In this document: positions 55,874 to 64,000 of the stretch, in pieces
Numbering within the stretch: position 1 is the first letter of the stretch
Layout: each line of letters starts with the position of its first letter
Notes under the pieces: model-generated
Told to the model about the DNA's origin: nothing
Databases searched by the model: none
Seen by the model: the letters and a program-made list of their open reading frames with translations, nothing else
Source of the DNA: the human T2T-CHM13v2.0 reference genome, Homo sapiens
NCBI RefSeq assembly: GCF_009914755.1
Contig: NC_060947.1
DNA: 64,000 nucleotides
Reading direction: 5' to 3' (one strand)
Made by a program: the position numbers and the translations under genes

Positions 55874-58800
55874 TAGCAGTGCTTTGGTTATTTGGGCTCT
55901 TCTGTGGTTACGTATGAATTTTAAAATAGTATTTTTTTCTAGTTCTTTGAAGAATGTCAGTGGTGGCTTAATGGAAGTAGCATTGAATCTATAAATTGCT
56001 TTGGGCTGAATGACCATTTTAATAATATTTATTCTTCCTCTCCATGAGTATGGAATGTTTTTCCATTTGTCTGTGTCATCTCTTATTTCTTTGAGGATTG
56101 GTTTGTAGACCGCCTTGTAGAGATCCTTTAGCTCCCTTTTCAGCTATATTCCTAGGTAGTTTATTCATTTTGTGGTAATTGTGAATGGTAATTCATTCAT
56201 GATTTAGTTCTCAGCTTGCCTGTTGTTGGTTTATAGGAAGGCTAACGATTTTTGCTCATTGATTTTGTATCTTGAGACTGTGGGGTTTTCTAGATATAGG
56301 GTCATGTCATCTGCAAACAAAGATAGTTTGACTTTCTCTCTTCCTGTTTGAATACCCTTTATTTCTTTCTCTTGCCTGACATTCCTGGCCAGAACTTCCA
56401 ATACTATGTTGAATAGGAGTGGTGAGAGAGGGCGTCTTTGTCTTGTGCCTGTTTTCAAGGGGAATACTCTCAGCTTTTGCCTGTTCAGTATGATATTGGC
56501 TGTGGGTTTGACATATATGGATCATGTTATTTTGAGATATGTTCCTTCAATACCTAGTTTATTGACAGTTTTTAATATGAAGGGATGTTGAATTTTATCA
56601 AAAGCCTTTTCTGCATTCATTGAGATAATCATGTGGTTTTTGTCCTTAGTTCTGTTTACGTGATGAATCACATTTATTGATTTGCATATGTCAAACCAGT
56701 CTTGCATCCCAGGGATTAAGCTGACTTGAACATGGTGGATAAGCTTCTTGATGTGCTGCTGGATTCGGTTTGCCAGTATGTTGTTGGGGATTTTTACATC
56801 AATGTTCATCAAGAATATTTGTCTGAAATTTGTTGTTGTTGTTGTTGTTGTATCTCTGCAAGGTTTTGGTATCAGGATGATGCTGGCCTCATACAATGAG
56901 TTAGGGAGGAGTCCCTCCTTTTCAATTTTTTGGAATAGCTTCAGTAGGAATGGTACCAGCTCTTCTTTGTTAATCTGGTAGAATTCAGCTGTGAATCTGT
57001 GTTGTCCTGAAATTTTTCTGGTTGGTACACTATTTATTACTCCCTCAATTACAGAACTCATTATTGGTTTTTTCGGGTATTCAATTTCTTCCTGGTTCAG
57101 TCTTGGGAGAGTATATGTGTCCAGGAATTTATCCATTTCTTTTACATTTTCTAGTTTGTTTGCATAGAGGTGTTCATAATTGTCTCTGATGGTTATTTGT
57201 ATTTCTGTGAGGTCTGTGGTAACAGCCCTTTTGTCATTTTTGACAAAACACACACACTCTGGCTTTTTGAGATGTCAGACTTCTTGCGCTGGTTCTTTCT
57301 CATCTTTGTGGGCTGATGTTTTTCAAATCTTTGAAGTTTCTGTACTGTGGATGGGCTATTTTTTTTTTTTTTTTTTACTTTCATCCTATTTGATGACCTT
57401 GGGGGATTGATTGTGATATAAAGTGGATTTGGTCAACTGGCTTCATGACTGGAAGATTTCCGGGGGCCAAGGCTCAGCTCAGAACTCCTGCCTGGATTGT
57501 ATGCTGTAACTCAGGTAGACTGGTATCAGGCCCCAGCTTTGATCTCTGGCTCCTCGAGGTTAGGAACCTGTTGTACTGGAGGGGCTGAGGTGCTACCAGA
57601 CCACTGGTCACAACATTCCAGTGAGTAGTGCCAGCCAAAGCACTTTACAGGGCTTTGACAGTGGGACCTGTCCTTGTTCCCATGTATCAGCAGCAGCTGC
57701 AGCAGCAGCATTGGAGGGTGCACACTTATCCATTTGCTGCAGCAGGGTTCTCATGGGTGCTGGGGTGCTAGCCTCGATATGGATATTTGCGGCAGCAGTG
57801 GTGGCAGTATGGCTTGGTGGGGTGAGGAGCCCCCACTGGGACTGTGTGCATGTCCCTGCAGGTGGAGGTTTTAGTGTGGAGGTGGGGCATCAGTGGGTGC
57901 AGGACTGTGTGCACCCTCTGTGCATGTTCATGCTGGCAGCAGTCTGCTCAAGGCTGGGGCTAGTCTACTGTTTTCCATGCCTAATTTTGCTCTGGTGGCC
58001 CAGGCTCAGGGGCAGGGTGCTGGCAGGGGTAGGGCTGGGGTGCTCTGAGCCCGCCAATGTTCTGAAGACAATGGCGGTGTGGGAGGTGGGAGGAAGGGTG
58101 AGGGGGCACACTCACGCTAGCAGCAGTGTCAAGGCAGGGTGCAGGAGTTCCAGTACCAGTGTGCTGGCAGGGAAGGGAAGGCTAGGTCTGCCTGGGCATA
58201 CATGCACAGGCATAGCAATTTGGATGGCGACCATGGGTGCAAATGAGCTGTTGTGTGTCTGCAGAGATCACTGTGCTGAAGCACTCTGCCAGTCCGGTGT
58301 GGTCCACCAGCTGTGATGTGAGCCCCAGGAGGCACCTGGCAACTGTGCTGCAAACAGCCGTGGCCAGGCTGGGGACCTGCAGGAGTCCAACAGAATGAGA
58401 GGTGCTCTGGTTGTACTGGTCCTGCTTCATGGATAAGATTGTCCTATAGAGTTCAGGTCCAAAAGTTCCCTTAGGGCTAAATTCTCCTGTGGCAGCGATT
58501 CTAGCCTAGGGGGATGCACGTCTCTGAGAGTGCTCCACTACAGTTGCTCCCACAGGACACCCTCTGTGCTCTGCCCCCCGCTGGAGTTCTGCCCCCACCA
58601 CTTCTCTAAGTAGCTTTCCCTGACAATGCAAGTGTCCATGGTAGTTGAGGGGTCTCCTCCTGCTGAGATTCCAAAGGCCCACAGTGAATTTGGGTTGCTC
58701 CTTGCCTTGGGTTGCCTGTTAAACGCATCCTCTTTGTCGGAGTCATTGGGGGCCAGGAACACGTTCCAGTGTGCAGTAGACCTCGGAAGTGTTCCTAGCT

Positions 58801-59821
58801 TCGTCCACCTTCAGCCCAGCCTCTGTGTTTTCCCCCTGTCTGTTCTGCCTCTGACTAAAGCTACAGGATAAAAACATGACAGCACTGGGATATGAACTCA
58901 TTTTTGCCTAGCTCCAAAGGCCTTGCTCATTCATGCAGACTCTCAGAAATGAAAAATGATTCCCTTCATCTTCGTTAAATCACATGTTCCTACAGACAAA
59001 TTCTCCAAAGCTTTTATGAAACCTATGTGATGCTGCAATACAATCGATTACTACAGTATTTATGGAATATACCATTCATAGCTTTAGGCTACACAGGGAC
59101 AATTATATACCAAGCTCTCTTGAATTCCATCTCTTTCTAAAACCTATGGATTTGAAGTCAGGATGTTTTCAGAAGTCCAACTGGTGTTAAAAATCCAAAT
59201 AGATCAAACATTGTTTCTTTTTATATCTGTGTGACAAGTAATACCAATGTGTGTAATTACAGTGTGGAGAAACCCACGTAATTTCTCTGAGGAAAGTTTA
59301 TTTCACTGGAAGAAGTCATTGCCAATAAGCAATAGAAGCCCTAACCAGTGGCTCTTATTTTGCAATTAGACTTTTTCATCTTGATGTTAGTATATGTGCC
59401 GCCAAAGCAAGCACCACTTTTTCATCTTAAGCAAAGCCTAAGTTTGTGTGTAATATAGATGAAGGCTATTACCAGACAAACACCATCAAAAAGTCATTTT
59501 ATTGGTGTCTTTCTGTTGTGATTTTTTTAGTACCTTTCTTTCTTTCCTACTCCCTCCTTTTCCACAAATATATGTTGAGTATCAATTCTGTGATGCTTGA
59601 GGCATTAGACACTTTAATAATAATCCTTTAAGTCTTGCCCGAATTTTAGTTTGATGATATGGTGTCCATTGTGTAGATGAGGATACATCCTCCGTGAAGT
59701 GCAAGGTCATACAACCAAATGTGGAAAAGTAGGTGGGTCTCTTGCTGAAAGGACCTTAACATTGAATGCTGCTGCATGAAGCCCAAGGCTTCAGTGGAGA
59801 ACCTCAGAAACCAGATAACTC

Positions 59822-60206
<385 letters not shown>

Positions 60207-61405
60207 TTATTTTGAAGGCATTAATGACTCATTTCTCTAGGGTATTGAAGTGAGTTCTCCAGTGGAAGACAACTGGAAAATGAGTGTCCTTGTCTACAGA
60301 CTTAAGATCTTAATAAAAGTAATCATAAAATTGACCTTGGTGGGGAGACACTGAAACAGGATTACATGGCCTGAGTCAAGTCCTTACAAACAAGAAAGAC
60401 ACAGAGGTAAGAAAAGGAATATTGACTGGAGTCGGGAATGCAGGAGCATGTGTGTGTGTGCATGTGTTTGTGTTTATGTAACTAGATAAGTTTAGATGAG
60501 CCTGGAGAATTAACAAGTCATGCTTGTATTTCACAAAAATGCACTGAAGAAGAGACATGGGTTGGAAATTGTTGCAGATACAATAAGACATAGTGGTGAC
60601 ATGAACCATGAACCTAAGTTTATGATGATGAATTTGAAGAGAAATTCTAGGCCTTGCCTTAGAAAACAACATAAAAAACCTCGTTCTTCAGGAACACAAC
60701 GCCCACAGACAAACTTCACTAGAAACAGAATTTGTACATAGACAGATGTATATATCACTCCTTACTTAGATGAAATATATGCATATGTGCTTCCATTTAC
60801 AGATGGACTCTTTCATCACTGAAAGAAAAAGTGCACTTCAGATCTACACTACAAATATATTTAGATACAAATTTACCTCCACCAGTGTTACATGTTATTT
60901 TTGTAAGGTAAATAAGTTACTTGATTTATTATTTTAAACTTATGAGTGCATTTTAAATTGCTATGAATGAAATGAAAATTATTTGAACTTTATCAGATAT
61001 GTAAGGATATTTGATGTTGCTTGGTAGCTTTTCTCATACAGATCCTATTTTACACATGAGATTTGCCAGGGAATTGAAGCTACCTCCTATTCTGCACCTG
61101 TTTATATGATTTGGTAATAGTCTTTTGTAGTGAAGGCTTATGAACATGGTGAAATACATATATTCTATTGAGAGATATGATAAAATGGCATAACTCAAGT
61201 TTCACCTATGATTTTGATAAGTAGTTTTCAAACTTGTTTTGGGGGTTTGATGGAATCCCAAATGGGAAGATAACAATTTTACTATTAACAAGTGTTAACA
61301 TTATTTTGGCTATGGACTCCAATTTTGGTTAAAAAAATAATTGTCATAATTATTTCATTACAATTTTAATATAAGAAGGATATAATTCTCCTTTTACTCA
61401 GCACA

Positions 61406-61706
61406 TTTTTTTTTTTTTTTTTGAGACAGGGTCTTGCTCTGTCACCCAGACTGGAGTGCAGTGGCAGGATCACGGCTCATTGCAGTCTCCACCTCCTGGG
61501 CTGAAGCTATCCTCCCACCTCAGCCCCCAGGTAGCTGGGACTACAAGGTACATGCCACCACACCTGGCTAATTTTTGGATTTTTTTATAGAGACCAGGTT
61601 TCACCATGTTTCCCAGGCTGGTCTTGAACTCCTGGGCTCAAGCAATCCACCCACCTGGGCCTCCCAAAGCGGGGAGGATTACAGGCATGAGCAAATGTGC
61701 CCGACC
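61406..61706 (-). mobile_element. AluJ
   Basis: 'gagacagggtcttgctct', 'tcacggctcattgcag', 'ctcctgggctcaagcaatcc'. Confidence 0.93.
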
Positions 61707-62025
61707 CTATTTCTCTTTTAAAGAATAATTCTAATAATAATAATTTCTGGTTTTATGTATTTTTACAAATAATTGACATGATGATGTAATATTCACAATG
61801 CTTCAACAATGTGAAAAAGTATATGTGAATATTAATCACATAATTGATAAAATATATGAAATAATGAAGCCAAAGCAGTTCATTAAGAAATATTGATAAA
61901 CATTAGGTATTGAATTTACAGATGTTGCCAAAGTTGTGCATCCACGGGGCCAGTCATCATAAATTATGATTGATGATTAAAATGAGAGCAAGAAATACCC
62001 AATTGAGTAGTAAATTGAAAACTGC

Positions 62026-64000
<1,975 letters not shown>

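Noticed and set aside
56522-57253. 243-aa ORF as a gene
   Set aside because: L1 ORF2 remnant lacking the endonuclease and interrupted downstream
57526-58871. 231-aa ORF (57621-58316) and neighbours
   Set aside because: They lie in a GC-rich L1 5'UTR where stops are rare; no recognisable protein motif
60520-60741. 73-aa basic ORF in non-repeat sequence
   Set aside because: Short, no recognisable homology or supporting signals; consistent with chance

Overview
Primate (almost certainly human) genomic DNA: AT-rich and dominated by transposable elements. Old L1 lineages carry nested Alus, MaLR/ERVL/ERV1/ERVK LTRs, two decayed retroviral pol regions, a near-complete THE1A, L2/MIR relics and a MADE1 mariner MITE. 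The only credible protein-coding feature is the 3' part of an uninterrupted minus-strand FAM47-family ORF (62026 to beyond 64000), most likely FAM47A at Xp21 (locus assignment from recall, not a search). It has a two-level internal repeat architecture and a perfect 39-bp coding tandem repeat. All other ORFs in the track are TE remnants or chance ORFs. I found no evidence of a novel multi-gene system. The most notable signals are the FAM47 coding repeats, several template-switch and deletion scars, a 37-nt micro-Alu insertion, a MADE1 nested in an Alu, and an LTR12 with six CCAAT boxes. Repeat subfamily names come from recalled consensus motifs, and boundaries of old elements are approximate.
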